Below are positions 1 through 12,094 of a stretch of 64,000 bases of DNA, in pieces. The first letter of the stretch is position 1. Every line of letters starts with the position of its first letter. Both the position numbers and the translations under genes were made by a program. The notes under the pieces are model-generated. The model did no database searches and was not told the origin of the DNA. It saw nothing but the letters and a program-made list of their open reading frames with translations. Source of the stretch: Eledone cirrhosa (Eukaryota); assembly GCA_964016885.1 (NCBI GenBank), contig OZ024745.1, positions 12,524,001-12,588,000 of the forward strand, in the 5' to 3' direction.

Positions 1-1829
1 TTTAAGGGTTGCCCGCGTAAGAATATGGACATTTCCTTAAATGAAACGCAGCTTGATGATTTTAAAAAAGTGAAAAAGGCGTTAGCGAACGCGTCTTTGC
101 TCGCCCACCCAGTACCCAACGCCGAGCTATCGCTCTGTGTTGATGCTTCGGACAGCGCCGTGGGCGCAGTCTTACAGCAGAAGGGTGATGGGGTACAGCA
201 ACCACTCGAGTTCTTTTCGAGGAAGTTAAAGCCTGCAGAAACTCGCTATAGCACCTTTGGAAGGGAGCTATTAGCAATTTATTTATCAGTGAAACATTTT
301 GCTCATGTACTTGAAGGTAGAACATTCACCATTTTCACTGATCATAAACCCTTGACGTTTGCTCTTCGAACTAAGGCAGACAAATACTCGCCCAGAGAAA
401 CGAGACATCTGGACTTCATCTCACAGTTCACGAACGACATTCAACATATTCCGGGTTCTTTGAATACAGCGGCCGATGCGCTGTCTCGCCTGCCGATCGC
501 ATCGATTTCGTCTTCCGAGGAGATAGATTTACATCGAATGGCAGCTGCCCAACCCACTCTCGAATCGTTGGATGTTACATCGCCAGAGTTTGTACATTGC
601 AAACTGAAATACATTCCGATCTCAACTGCTGACGGACAGATACTGTGTGATGTTTCGTTGGACTCACCACGACCTCTAGTCCCAGTGGAACATCGACGAA
701 CTGCGTTTCTCGCTTTACATGGCATTTCTCACCCAGGAGTATCAGCCTCAGTAAAACTCATAACAGCCAGATTTTTCTGGCCTGGTATGAGACGTGACAT
801 TGCTGCTTGGTGTCGTTCCTGTGTCGCTTGCCAACAAGCGAAAGTTCATAGACATGTTAAGGCTCCTCTCGGAACCTTCACCTGCCCCGATGCAAGATTT
901 CGTCACATTCATGTGGACATCGTCGGCCCGTGGCCGGTTAGACGTGGTTTTTCGTATCTTTTGACGATTGTTGACCGTTTTTCGCGTTGGCCTGAAGCCG
1001 TCCCTATAACAGATATCACCGCCGAAACCACAGCCCGTACCCTCGTATCTTCGTGGATCGCTCGTTTCGGTGTACCAACCACCATAACAACAGATCGTGG
1101 TCGTCAATTCGAGTCTAACCTCTTCCGAGAGCTAACCCAAATCCTGGGGGCTACTCGAATAAGAACCACGGCTTACCACCCAGCCTCAAACGGAATGGTG
1201 GAAAGATTCCACAGGCAGCTCAAAGCCTCCTTAAGGGCTTCCATGAACTCTTCACGTTGGAGCGAGTACCTACCCATTGTATTGTTGGGTATTCGGTCGA
1301 CGGTAAAGGTGGACCTTGGGTTCTCCTCTGCCGAATTAGTTTATGGTACGCCTCTGGCGTTACCGGGGCAAATGCTGGCCCCTTTTGACCTGACTTCGCA
1401 GGACCCCGCTTCCTACGTGTCCCGGCTTCACTCTTATTTCAAGGATCTACCACCGATGGGCACTAGGAAGCAGACTGTAAAAACTGCCGTCCCAAGGGAT
1501 ATTGCCTTGTGGACACATGTGTTCGTTAGAGACGACGCCGTGAGACCCCCTCTTCAACGGCCGTACTCTGGACCCTATCGTGTGCTTGCTCGCACAGACA
1601 AACATTTCACACTGGACATTCGGGGTTCCAGGGAAACGGTTTCTGTTGATCGTCTCAAACGAGCAAACTGGACAATGACACAATGACACTTGAAACTCAA
1701 ATGCCCCCCTCTTTTTCTTTGCCACACAGGCCTATTTCTTCCCCTCCCCCACCATCAACACACAGAACCACGACCCGTTCTGGGCGAAGGGTGCATTGGC
1801 CCCGTAAGCTATGCAGTAATATAAACTGA
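1..1829 (+). mobile_element. pol: Ty3/Gypsy LTR retrotransposon pol, 3' part (RNase H, HHCC zinc finger, integrase, GPY/F), with a frameshift near the C-terminus
   Basis: ORF 25-1686 is open from base 1. RNase H motifs: [37 protein letters not shown]. Zinc finger H-GISHPG...C-VAC. DDE core: [31 protein letters not shown] motif PYSGPY. The typical tail TTRSGRRVHWP continues in another frame to TGA at 1829. Confidence 0.95.
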
Positions 1830-2292
1830 ATTGTATTTTTTTTTTGTTTGTTTGTTTGTTTTGTTTTGTTATTTTTTTCCTTCCAATTGTTTTTGTTGTA
1901 CATTGCATTTTGTTACCTTTGGATTCTTGACTGCCTACGGCAGTGTCAATATATTATATTTTGCGTAACATTACGACTGTTGTCAATTCTGACACAGTCC
2001 CTTTTTTTTTAGTGCATTTTTATAACTATGCTACATATGGCATTTTCATTGCCTAGCAAAACATTTTTTTTCTTGTTTATCGCATCCGGGGCCCCTTTAT
2101 TGCGAAGAGTGTTATCTTTTCATGCATTTTGCATCTTTTACTGTACATTTTTTTTTTTGTTTTGTCTGCGTTAATGCTATTTATTATTTTTTTTTTTAAT
2201 TTTGAATTTGTTGATACATCCTTCTACATTTTGTAAACTACCTTCGCTTCATTGTTAACGATTTTGCGACAAAAAATCTGCTCCGAGGTGAA

Positions 2293-2533
2293 TGTAGTGG
2301 CTGAGATGGTCGCTTGGTAGCTAGCAGTTGCCTCCCCTTAACAACCCTTCAGGGAAGGGAGGCAAAAATACACCCGGACACAGCCACAGGTTCACACACT
2401 CTTTTTGGACCACGGACATGAACAGACGTGGAAAGACCCGCTCCTCAAAATATTGACGTTGTAGGAAATTTACTAAATTATTGCATTAAATAAAATGATT
2501 GTTAGACTTGATTGTGCATTTATTTATTCGACA
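2293..2533 (+). mobile_element. Probable 3' LTR of the Gypsy element
   Basis: Starts TGT(AGTGG) after purine-rich GAGGTGAA, has AATAAA near 2490, and ends TCGACA where LINE sequence abruptly begins. The 5' LTR is outside the window, so the boundaries are unconfirmed. Confidence 0.6.
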
Positions 2534-5500
2534 AAGAGAAACATCACTTTTCTTTAAGTCTTTCTCCATTTATTACGATCAGCAGCAACATTTTCCCATG
2601 TATCAGCAGAGTTGTTAGCGTCTTTCAAAGAGACTTTCAAGGAATCCTTATACCTCTTCTTTGGTTTATGTGGCGGTCGTTTTCCTTTAACTAACTCTCC
2701 ATAAAAGAGTTGTTTTGGTATTCTAGAATCCTTCATTCTGGCAAGGTGACCACTCCAACGGAGTCGTTGCTTAAGCACAAGAGCTTCTATACAGTCACAC
2801 AGAGAGCTTTCCAAAATCTCGACACCACTGATGTGGTCCGTCCAGTGAATGCCATGGATCCGTCTGAGACACATCTGATGGAAACGCTCCAATTGCTTAA
2901 GGTGGTGTTGATATGTGACCCAGGTCTCGCAGGCATAAAGAAGAGAAGAGAGCACACATGCCTTGTACACTTTTACCTTTGTCTTCTTGCATATGTCTCG
3001 CCGACCCCAACGTCGCCTTTCTAGCTTTCCGAAAGCATCACTTGCTTTCCTAATCCTGAGTGGGATTTCATTATCAAGGTTGCTGTATCGATTGACAGTG
3101 CTTCCCAGGTAGACAAACTGATCAACCACTCCAAGTTGTTTACCATACACATAGATATTTGGTTCACTGTACTGCTTACCAGGGGCAGGTTGGTACATGA
3201 CGACGGTTTTCTTGAGACTGACAGTCAATCCTAGGGTAGTGCAAGCATCAGAAAATACATTCAAAATGTGCTGCATATCACTCTCTGTGTGCTACAAGAT
3301 CGCAATCATCTGCATACAAGGTCTCTCATGATTGATGTAAATACTTTTGTTTTTGCAGCAAAGCGCCTGATGTTAAATATGCTGCCTGAGGTTCGATATC
3401 GGATGTAAACACCATGCTCACAATTCCTGAATGCAATATAGAAAACCATTGCAAAGTATATGGCAAACAGGGTCGGTGCTGGAATATCCCCCTGTTTCAC
3501 TCCATTTTTTACTGAGATAGGCTCCGACACGTTACCTCCGACATTAACCCAAGCCTTCATGTCATTATGGAAAGACCTAACTAAAGCAAGGAACTTATCA
3601 GGGCAACCAAGTTTCTGGAGAACCTTCCATAATGCATTTCTGTTAACAGTATCGAAAGCTTTTGTCAGATCGACAAAAACCTGATTCAGATCCAAACCTT
3701 GTTCCATGCACTTCTCCAGGAGCTGTCTAGCTGAGAAGATCATATCAGTAGTGCCGCGTCCAGCATGAAAACCAGATTGACTTTCAGGAAGAACACAATC
3801 TGCAATGTGCGTCAGCAGACGGTCCAGAAGCACCCTACATAAACATTATCCTACGACAGAAAGAAAGGTTATACCTCCGTAGTTTCCACAATCATTCTTG
3901 TTACCCTTTAACTTGTACAAGACCACCACTACTTCATCTCTCCAGTCCTCAGGTACGAATTCACTAGCCCATATCCTTCCAAACAAAGAGTGAAGATGTT
4001 GCAGGGATCTCTCACCACCATATTGTAGGAGCTCAGCATGTGCCATCCATAACTGGAGACCTTCCACTGTTCAACTTCGAGATAGCCACTGTAACCTCCA
4101 CAAGCGTCGGAGGTTCTGCGAGAGCTACTTTCACAGGACTTTCTGGAATGAGATTGAGGAAATCTTCATTGATGACAGACGGCTGGTTCAAAAGCTTATG
4201 AAAGTGCTCTCGCCACCTTCGTAGAATTCCTTGTAAGTCACGAAGAATTTTTTTGCTGCGAAGCGGTGTCATCAGAGAAGAAGACGGTCCATAAACTTCA
4301 CGCAAGAGACTACAACAGCTTTGTGTTATTGGAATCTGACGCAGTTTGGATCTCATCAACCTTCTCACTCCACCACTGATCCTTCATCTGAGAAAGACTC
4401 TGCCTAACACGTGATTTCACATCCTTGAGTACCTTATGCAACATATTCTTCTCCTGTGGTTTTGCCGTCAAGTAGCGTGACAGAGCACGCCTCTTATCAG
4501 CCAAAAAGTCTTCTATATGTTCATCACTCTCATTAAACGAGTCTTGATGTTTTCTCTGCACCAACCCCAGAACACGCCTGCCTACATCATAAACCCACTT
4601 TTTAAGAGTCGGCCAATCCTCACCAAGATCTGCAACCTGCATCTCTTCTCGCAATGTCCTCTTTACATTTTTATCCCTAAGAGCAACATTCAATATTCTG
4701 GGCAGGGCAAAACCAGTAGCCCGGATGTCACGTTTAGTGATTGTTTCACTTTTGCGCGTACCAGGCGGGGTCCGTCCAGCACTCAGCTCCATGAAGAGCA
4801 CGAACACACGGCGCTTCCCGTCTGTCACGCGTCCTGACTAGGACGTAGTCCAAAAGATGCCATTCCTTAGATGCAGGATGCATCCATGTAGTCTTAAATT
4901 TGTTCTTTTGTTGGAACATGGTGTTGGTAACACACAGATCCAGCTCCTCACACATCTGCAGCAGGAGCATACCATTGTTGTTACACTTTCCCACCCCATG
5001 CCTTCCGATTACATTCCATATGTTAAAATCCCTACCTACTCTAGCATTAAAGTCACCAAGCACGATGACTTTGTCTGCCTGAGGGATATTTCTTAAAACA
5101 CCTTTCAAGGCATGGTAAAAGGACACTTTTTCTTCATCGACAGAATTCATAGTTGGAGCATACACACTCACCAGGGTCGCATATCTTCCTCTGTCCAGCG
5201 GAATTCTCATGGACATAAGACGCTCACTAATCCCTACTGGGAATTCTTCTAATTTATTCACAAGAACAGTCTTAACAGCAAATGCTACCCCAGCCTCTCT
5301 TCTGGTTCCTTCATCTCTTCCTTTCCAGAAGAATGTATATTCTCCACAAAATTCTGTAAGATGACCATCTCCAGCTAACCTCGTCTCAGATAAAGCTACG
5401 ATGTCAAGATCGTAACGTCGAAGCTCCTTTGCAACAAGAGTGGTCCTTCGTTCAGGACGTTCCAAGGAATCCCTGTCAAGCAGCGTCCGTACGTTCCAGC

Positions 5501-5570
5501 AGCCAAGACTAAATGCCTTGTTTGGCTCTATTACAGTGGTACGATGACGAGCGGACCCAGGCTGTGATAA
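2534..5570 (-). mobile_element. Near full-length decayed RTE-clade LINE (APE endonuclease + RT)
   Basis: Frameshifted ORF pieces. EN: GCWNVRTL, ALSETRL, VSVYAPT, LGDFNARVG, LLDYVL. RT: ESQSGF, FVDLTKAFDTV, GVKQG, LYADD at ~3310, FVYLGS, RLRWSGH. Confidence 0.93.
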
Positions 5571-5699
5571 CCTGGGGCTCCTGCCCTTATTGCCAATTAT
5601 CTCTTTTGTTCCAGAACCCTTATTGCCAATTATCTCTTTTATATTGTTTTGGAACATCATTGAATTTGGAAAAAAAAAGTAATAATAATTTTTGTAACA

Positions 5700-5940
5700 C
5701 ACAACACCACACCAACTGTATCACATGACATCACATGAACTGTACCACACTACATACACCAATTATACCACACCACACAGAAGAAGACCACACCACACCA
5801 ACTGTACCACATGAAACTACACTACAGTATATTATACCACTCTACATAACACTGCCTCACACTACAGTACACTACACCGCACTACAATACACTGCACCAC
5901 CCTACACTACACTACACCATACCACTGTCCACTCTACTAC
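5700..5940. repeat. Degenerate pentamer repeat (CACAC/TACAC)
   Basis: Visible 5-bp periodicity; similar tracts at 6460-6545, 8342-8510 and 12010-12200. Confidence 0.8.
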
Positions 5941-5960
5941 TGCTGTTTTCTATTTTGCAG

Positions 5961-6008
5961 GTATGTCCAATTACAGTAAAAGAAAGAAAGTTATTTCAAT
6001 GGATCTGA
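5961..6008 (+). CDS. Candidate host-gene exon A (48 nt, phase 1-1; xMSNYSKRKKVISMDL)
   Basis: Acceptor ttttctattttgcag, donor GTAAGT, open frame, length a multiple of 3. Confidence 0.5.
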   Translation, partial: VCPITVKERKLFQWI

Positions 6009-6089
6009 GTAAGTAAACACTTCATTGACCATCATTTTAAGGCATGATCACAGTGTAGTTTTAAATTGACCTCTTGATATCATTACACC

Positions 6090-6350
6090 TTAGACCTCTA
6101 TATATGATTACACTTCAGTCTTAAATTAATGACCTCAATTCAGTTTTACATTAATGACCTATAGATATAATTTCAGTTCAGTCTTAAATTAATGACATAT
6201 AGATATGTTCTCAGTGCAGTTTTAAACTAATGACATATAGATGTGGCTACACCTGTCTTATATTAGTGACTTATAGATAAGATTACACCTCTGACTTAAC
6301 TTAGTGACGTATAGATATTACACCTCTCTCTTAACTTAATGACCTGTAGA
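6090..6350. repeat. ~40-bp minisatellite (aatgacctatagatat...cagtcttaaatt)
   Basis: About 6-7 diverged units; recurs at 6722-6790 directly after exon B. Confidence 0.75.
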
Positions 6351-6598
6351 TGGGTGCTACATGTAATGTTAAAATTAGTTGATCACTGTCTCCTCCCCTC
6401 CTCATCACATGTGGTTGCTACATGTTTATTGTTAATATTAATGTAATGATGTCTTCCCCCCCACCACTACAACATCATGCCACACCACATCAAACCATAC
6501 TGTACCTCACCAGACCACTCACCACATGACACCATACTATACCAGAGTCCGAGAGATCAGCTATATATATTTTTGTTTACATTTTTTTTTATATTTAG

Positions 6599-6720
6599 AT
6601 GGAAGAGAAGAAAAAGACCACAACAAAATCAAAGACAACAAAAACAAAGAAGGCAAGAAAAATGAAGAAAACAATGAAACGAAGAAGTCAAAGACAATGT
6701 AGACGGTGATGACGACGAAA
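6599..6720 (+). CDS. Candidate host-gene exon B, charged/acidic (GREEKDHNKIKDNKNKEGKKNEENNE.EEVKDNVDGDDDE), apparent 1-nt deletion
   Basis: Acceptor ttttttttatatttag, donor GTATGA. Length 122 nt, one short of a symmetric phase-1 exon. The acidic reading resumes after a shift at aatgaaacgaag. Confidence 0.5.
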
Positions 6721-6819
6721 GTATGATTTCAGTTCAATCTTAACCTAATGATTTATAGATAAGATCTTAGTTCAGTCTTAACTGACTACTCATATGAGCC
6801 GGGGACCTTCAGCTTGCTT

Positions 6820-7580
6820 ACATAGATTTCAGCACTTTACAGTGTGTACTGGGTGCATTTTATCGTGTTGCCACTGCCAGGGAGGTTGTCATGTACTTGA
6901 CACAACTAAAGAGTCCTGCCAACCATGCCAAACAAAGAGTAGGGAGGACACTTCAGTTGTGTCATAGACATGACAACATTCCTAGTGCTAGTGTCACATT
7001 AAAATGTTGCCAGTACACTTAGTAAAGCACTGGAATGTCTGATCATCATTGTCATCATATCATGTCCACCTACCATGCTAATATCAGTCAGATGAGTTAT
7101 CATGGCCAATGATAACTTGCATATGTGTTCCATGTTTAGCATGGTTTCAATAGCTGGATGCCCTTCCTAATACCCTCGCAGAGTGTACAAGGTGCAATTT
7201 ATCATGATACCAGTACTACCAACTTACAAAAATGTACAGGATGCATTTTATTGTGACACGTGCACAAGAGAGTTTGTCCTCTCTACATCATATTGTCTTT
7301 ATTTCATTGCCAACCACTTTACAGAATGTATTAGGTGCAGTTTATCATGGCACCAGCACAAGAGATGTCGAATATCTGGCCAAACTGAAGAGTTTTCTCT
7401 GCACCATATAGTTTCCATTCAATTACCAACCACTTTACATAGGGTATTTTATCATGGTACCATCAACCACTTTACAGAGTGTACTGGGTGTGTTTTACAT
7501 CACTATGTGGTAGTGTCTTAGGCAAGTGTCCTCTAGTGTAAACCCTAGATAACGAATGCCTTGTTGAGTGTTGTGAAGTT
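6820..7580. mobile_element. Old SINE/LINE-tail fragments
   Basis: Recurrent ccactttacagagtgtactgggtg motif, gctggatgcccttcctaa, and (gat)n-type tail complement near 7045. Confidence 0.5.
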
Positions 7581-8203
7581 AGAAAGTGATGGGATGTTGT
7601 GAGGCTGTGTTGTGGGGTTGCATTGTGAGGTTACATTGGGAGGTTGTGTTGTGAGGTTGCATTGTAAGGTTGTGTTATGATGTAGCATTACGAGACTGTG
7701 TTGTGATTTGATAGATATCTGAGCAATGAAAATTACCTTTGGCCCCCAACTGTATTTTAGACAGTGTCACCTTAGCTGAGCAGTGGAAACACACATATGG
7801 CTTTCAGCAGTATGTTAGTCATTGTCACCTTAGCTGAGCAATGAAAACACACATCCGTCCCTCAACAGTCAGTTAGTCACTTTCAACTAAAACTCATAGA
7901 TGCGAGACTCCAGCATGGTCACAGTGCATTGTCTGATATCAGTAAAAGACGAGCATTGTAACTATAAATACATTATGACTGTTTTTATTCATGTTAACAG
8001 TGAATTTAACATTCAAAGATATTTGTGTATATTTTGTTGATGTTTGACATTGCTTTTTTAGTTATGAAATAGCTTATAAACTACTTTATAGGATTACAGC
8101 ATGAGCACACTGCTCTTTAAATTAACTTTATCTCCTCAGCACTTCGTAAAATCCAAGAAATAGGCAACATATATGTTTTACATTCTTTGTTATTGGTGTT
8201 TAG

Positions 8204-8337
8204 ATGGAAAAGAAGACAAAGGCACAGAAGAAGACAAAAGTACAGAAGAAGAGAAAGGCACAGAAGAAGATAATGAAGATGAACAAAGACAATTATTACT
8301 ACTATTGTTATTGTTATTATTATTTGTATTATTATAA
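8204..8337 (+). CDS. Candidate host-gene exon C, acidic (GKEDKGTEEDKSTEEEKGTEEDNEDEQRQ, then Leu-rich tail and stop)
   Basis: Acceptor and exon start (tttag|ATGGAAAAG) resemble exon B; phase 1; internal 18-nt repeats. No clear donor; the frame runs into (TTA)n and stops at 8337. Confidence 0.45.
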
Positions 8338-8519
8338 TCAAACTATGCTACACCACCCCACGCTATACCACACCATCCTACACCACAGCACACTAGTATA
8401 AACATTATACTATACCACACTATATGAGACCACACCACACTATGAAACAATATATGACACCACACCACACTATGAAACACTCTACTATACCACACTATAA
8501 CACACCACTTTAACCTGAA

Positions 8520-10560
8520 TTCTAACACTAGAAGTAAACACTAACACTAATGGTAAACACTAACACTAACCTGATAACTAACACTAACCTGAATACTAAC
8601 CCGAACACTATCACTAAAACTAACATTAATCCTAACATCAAGCTGAACACTAACACTAAAACTAACATTAACCAGAAAACTAAGCTAACATTAACCTGAA
8701 CACTAACACAAACACTAACGCTAACACAAACAGAAATACTAACACAAACACTAACACTAAAATTAACACAAAAACAAACACTAATACTAACACTAACCTT
8801 AACCTGAACACTAACACTAAAACTAACATTAACACTGACATTAATCTGAATACTAACACTAAAAGTAAACACTAACACTAAAAGTAAACACTAACACTAA
8901 AAGTAACACTAACACTAACTAGAAAACTAACACTAACCAGAACGCTAACACTAACACTAACACTAACACAAAAACTAACACTACCATAAACACTAACACA
9001 AACACTAACACTAACCTGAGCACTAATAGAAAAAAGTAACACTAACATTAGCCTGAACAGTAATACTAAAACTAACACTAACCTGAAAACTAACACTAAC
9101 CATAAAACTAAGTTAACATTAACCTGAACACTATCACAAACACTAACGCTAACATTAACAGAATTATTAGCACAAGCACTAACACAGAAACACTAATACT
9201 AACACAATCACTAACACTAACACTAAAACTAACATTAATACTAACATTAACCTGAAATCTAATACTAAAGGTAAACACTAACACTAACCTGAACACTAAC
9301 ACTAAAACTAACATTAACCCTAACATTAACCTGAATGCTAACACTAACTAGAAAACTAACACTAACACTAAAACTATCATAAACACTAACACAGACACTA
9401 ACACTAACCTGAGCACTAATACAAAAAGTAACACTAACATTAACCTGAACAGTAATACTAAAACTAACACTAACCTGAAAACTAACACTAACCAGAAAAC
9501 TAAGCTAACATTAACCTGAACACTATCACAAACACGAACGATAACATTAACAGAAATACTAACACAAACACTAACACAGAAACACTAATACTAACACAAT
9601 CACTAAATCTAACATTAACCCTAACATTTACCTGAACACTAACACTAACTAGAAAACTAACCCTAACCCTAACCTGAGCACTAATACAAAAAGAAACACT
9701 AACATTAACCTGAACAGTAATACAAAAACTAACACTAACCAGAAAAGTAAGCTAACATTAACCTGAACACTATAAAACACTAACGCTAACATTAACAGAA
9801 ATACTAACACAAACACTAACACAAAAACTAACATTAACACTAAAACTAATATTAACACTAACATTAACCTGAAATCTAACACTAAAAGTAACATGAACAC
9901 TAACCTGAAAACTAACACTAACACTAAAACTAACACTACCATAACACTAACACTAATCTGAGCACTAATACAAAATGTAACACTAACATTAACCTGAACA
10001 GTAATACTAAAACTAACACTAACCTGAAAACTAACACTAACCAGAAAACTAAGTTAACATTAACCTGAACACTATCACAAACACTAACGCTAACATTAAC
10101 AGAATTATTATCACAAACACTAACACAGAAACACTAATACTAACACAATCACTAACACTAACACTAACATTAACACTAACTTTAACCTAAACACTAACAC
10201 TAACATGAACACTAACCAGAAGACTAAGCTAACATTAACCTGAACACTAATGCTAACATTAACACCAAATAAAAAAGACTAACACAATCACTAACACTAA
10301 TGGAAATACTAACACTAACACAACCACTAACACTAATGGAAATACTAACACTAACACAAACACTAATACAAAATCAAACACTAATGGAAACACTAACACT
10401 GACCTTAACACTAACACTCATAATAACCTGAACACTAACGCAAACACTAAAACAAACACTCACTAAAACAAACACTCACTAAAACAAACACTCACTAAAA
10501 CAAACACTCACTAAAACAAACACTCACTAAAACAAACACCCAATAACACAAAGACAAACA
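8520..10560. repeat. Degenerate (CTAACA)n hexamer satellite with higher-order repeats and a terminal 17-bp array
   Basis: Continuous 6-bp periodicity; recurring blocks (aacattaacctgaacagtaatactaaaact); (aaacactcactaaaaca)n at 10441-10540. Confidence 0.9.
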
Positions 10561-11880
10561 CTAAAACCCTCTAACACTAACAGAGAGCTCAATGCTGATA
10601 CTGACGCAGATGCCTACGCTGACGCAAACGATTATGCTAACGCAAACGCTGACACAATTGCTAACACAAATGCTGACACAAATGCTAATGTGAATATTGA
10701 CGCAGGCCCAAACGCGAATGCTGACGTAGACGCTGACACAGACGTTAATGCAAACACGAACGCTGACACTAACACAAATGCTGACGAAGATGCTAACACA
10801 AATACTAACACTGATGCAGACTCTAAAACTGACGCAGAGGGTAACGCAAACGCTGACACAGACGCTAACACGAACCCTAATGCTGACATTAACACAAATA
10901 CTAATGCTGACACAGACGCTAATGCAAAAGCTAACGCTGCCACAAATGCAGATACAAACACAAATGCTGACGTAGACGAGAACGCAGATGATGACAGCGA
11001 TACTAACACGATCCCTTACGCAGACGTAAACTTTGACGCAGATGCTATAGGAAACGCTGACGCAAATGCTGATGCTATCGCAAAAGCTTATGCAGACGCT
11101 AAGGCAGACGCTAACGCAGACGCTGATAGCACCACCAGCGTTTACCCCGACGCCGAAGCCGATATGCAACGCAATGCCGATGCGGACGCAAATGCAAACA
11201 CAAATGCTAACGCTAACGCTGATGCATATGCTGAGACAGAGAGACATAACCGCCGACACTGATGTAAACACTGATGCTAAGGCAAATGCTGACGCGGGCA
11301 TGCCGCCAACGTTTACGCTGACGCAAATTTGCTGAGGCAAAGGCAAACGCTGATGTTGTTTAGGCTTCCCAGACGCGGACGCCAACGGAAAGGTTGACGG
11401 AACCGCTGAGCTAATGCAGACGCTGACGCACATGCTAACGCAAAAGCCAACGCTAACGCTGATGCAAATGCTGAGGCAGACGTATATGCTGATGCAAACG
11501 CTGACACAGTCGCTAAAGGGAAAGGTTGTTGCAAACGCTAACGCTGACACTAACGAAGACACTGATTCAAACGTTAACGCAGACACTGATACAAACACTA
11601 ATGCTGACACTAACGAAGACACTGACGCAAACACTAACGCAGATACTGACGCAAACACTAACGCGGATACTGATAGAGACACTGACGCTAAGGCAAACGC
11701 TGATGCAATCGCTATCACAGACGCAAACGCTGACGTAGATGCTGACACTGACGCAAACGCTAAGGCTAATGCAAACATTAACGCAGATGCTAACACAAAC
11801 TCTATATAAACACTAGCTTACATAGACGCTTATGCAAATGCTAACATTGACGCAAAGAGTGGCGCTAACAATAACACTAA
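10531..11880 (+). other. Asp/Ala/Asn/Thr-rich coding-like low-complexity tract, interrupted by frameshifts
   Basis: Frame open 10531-11262 (NADTDADAYADANDYANANAD...), further DANT-rich pieces at 11260-11330, 11415-11520 and 11530-11809. Third codon positions vary. No ATG or clear acceptor seen. Confidence 0.4.
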
Positions 11881-12094
11881 CAGTAACACAGTCATTAACA
11901 ATAAACTTACCATTAACTGTAAAACTTACCTTAACACTAACCCTAAATCTAACATTAATCCAGCTATAGAAGATAGGCATTATATTTTAAAGATTTTAAG
12001 TTAGAGAGAATCACGCTATACCATACAACACAATAACACAACACACCACACTAACCTACACAACACCAAACCAGATGATACCATATCCTGGTAA

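Noticed and set aside
6090-6350. Regularly spaced repeats suggestive of CRISPR (also 7715-7890, 10441-10540, 32500-32580)
   Set aside because: Tandem units without unique spacers, eukaryotic context, no cas genes.
6599-6709. Protamine-like basic reading MEEKKKTTTKSK...RRSQRQCRR
   Set aside because: The ATG sits immediately after a splice acceptor, and phase compatibility with neighbouring exons favours the acidic frame. Not fully excluded.
10561-11796. 411-aa hydrophobic minus-strand ORF
   Set aside because: Antisense shadow of the hexamer-based tract; it crosses repeat phases and has no domain.
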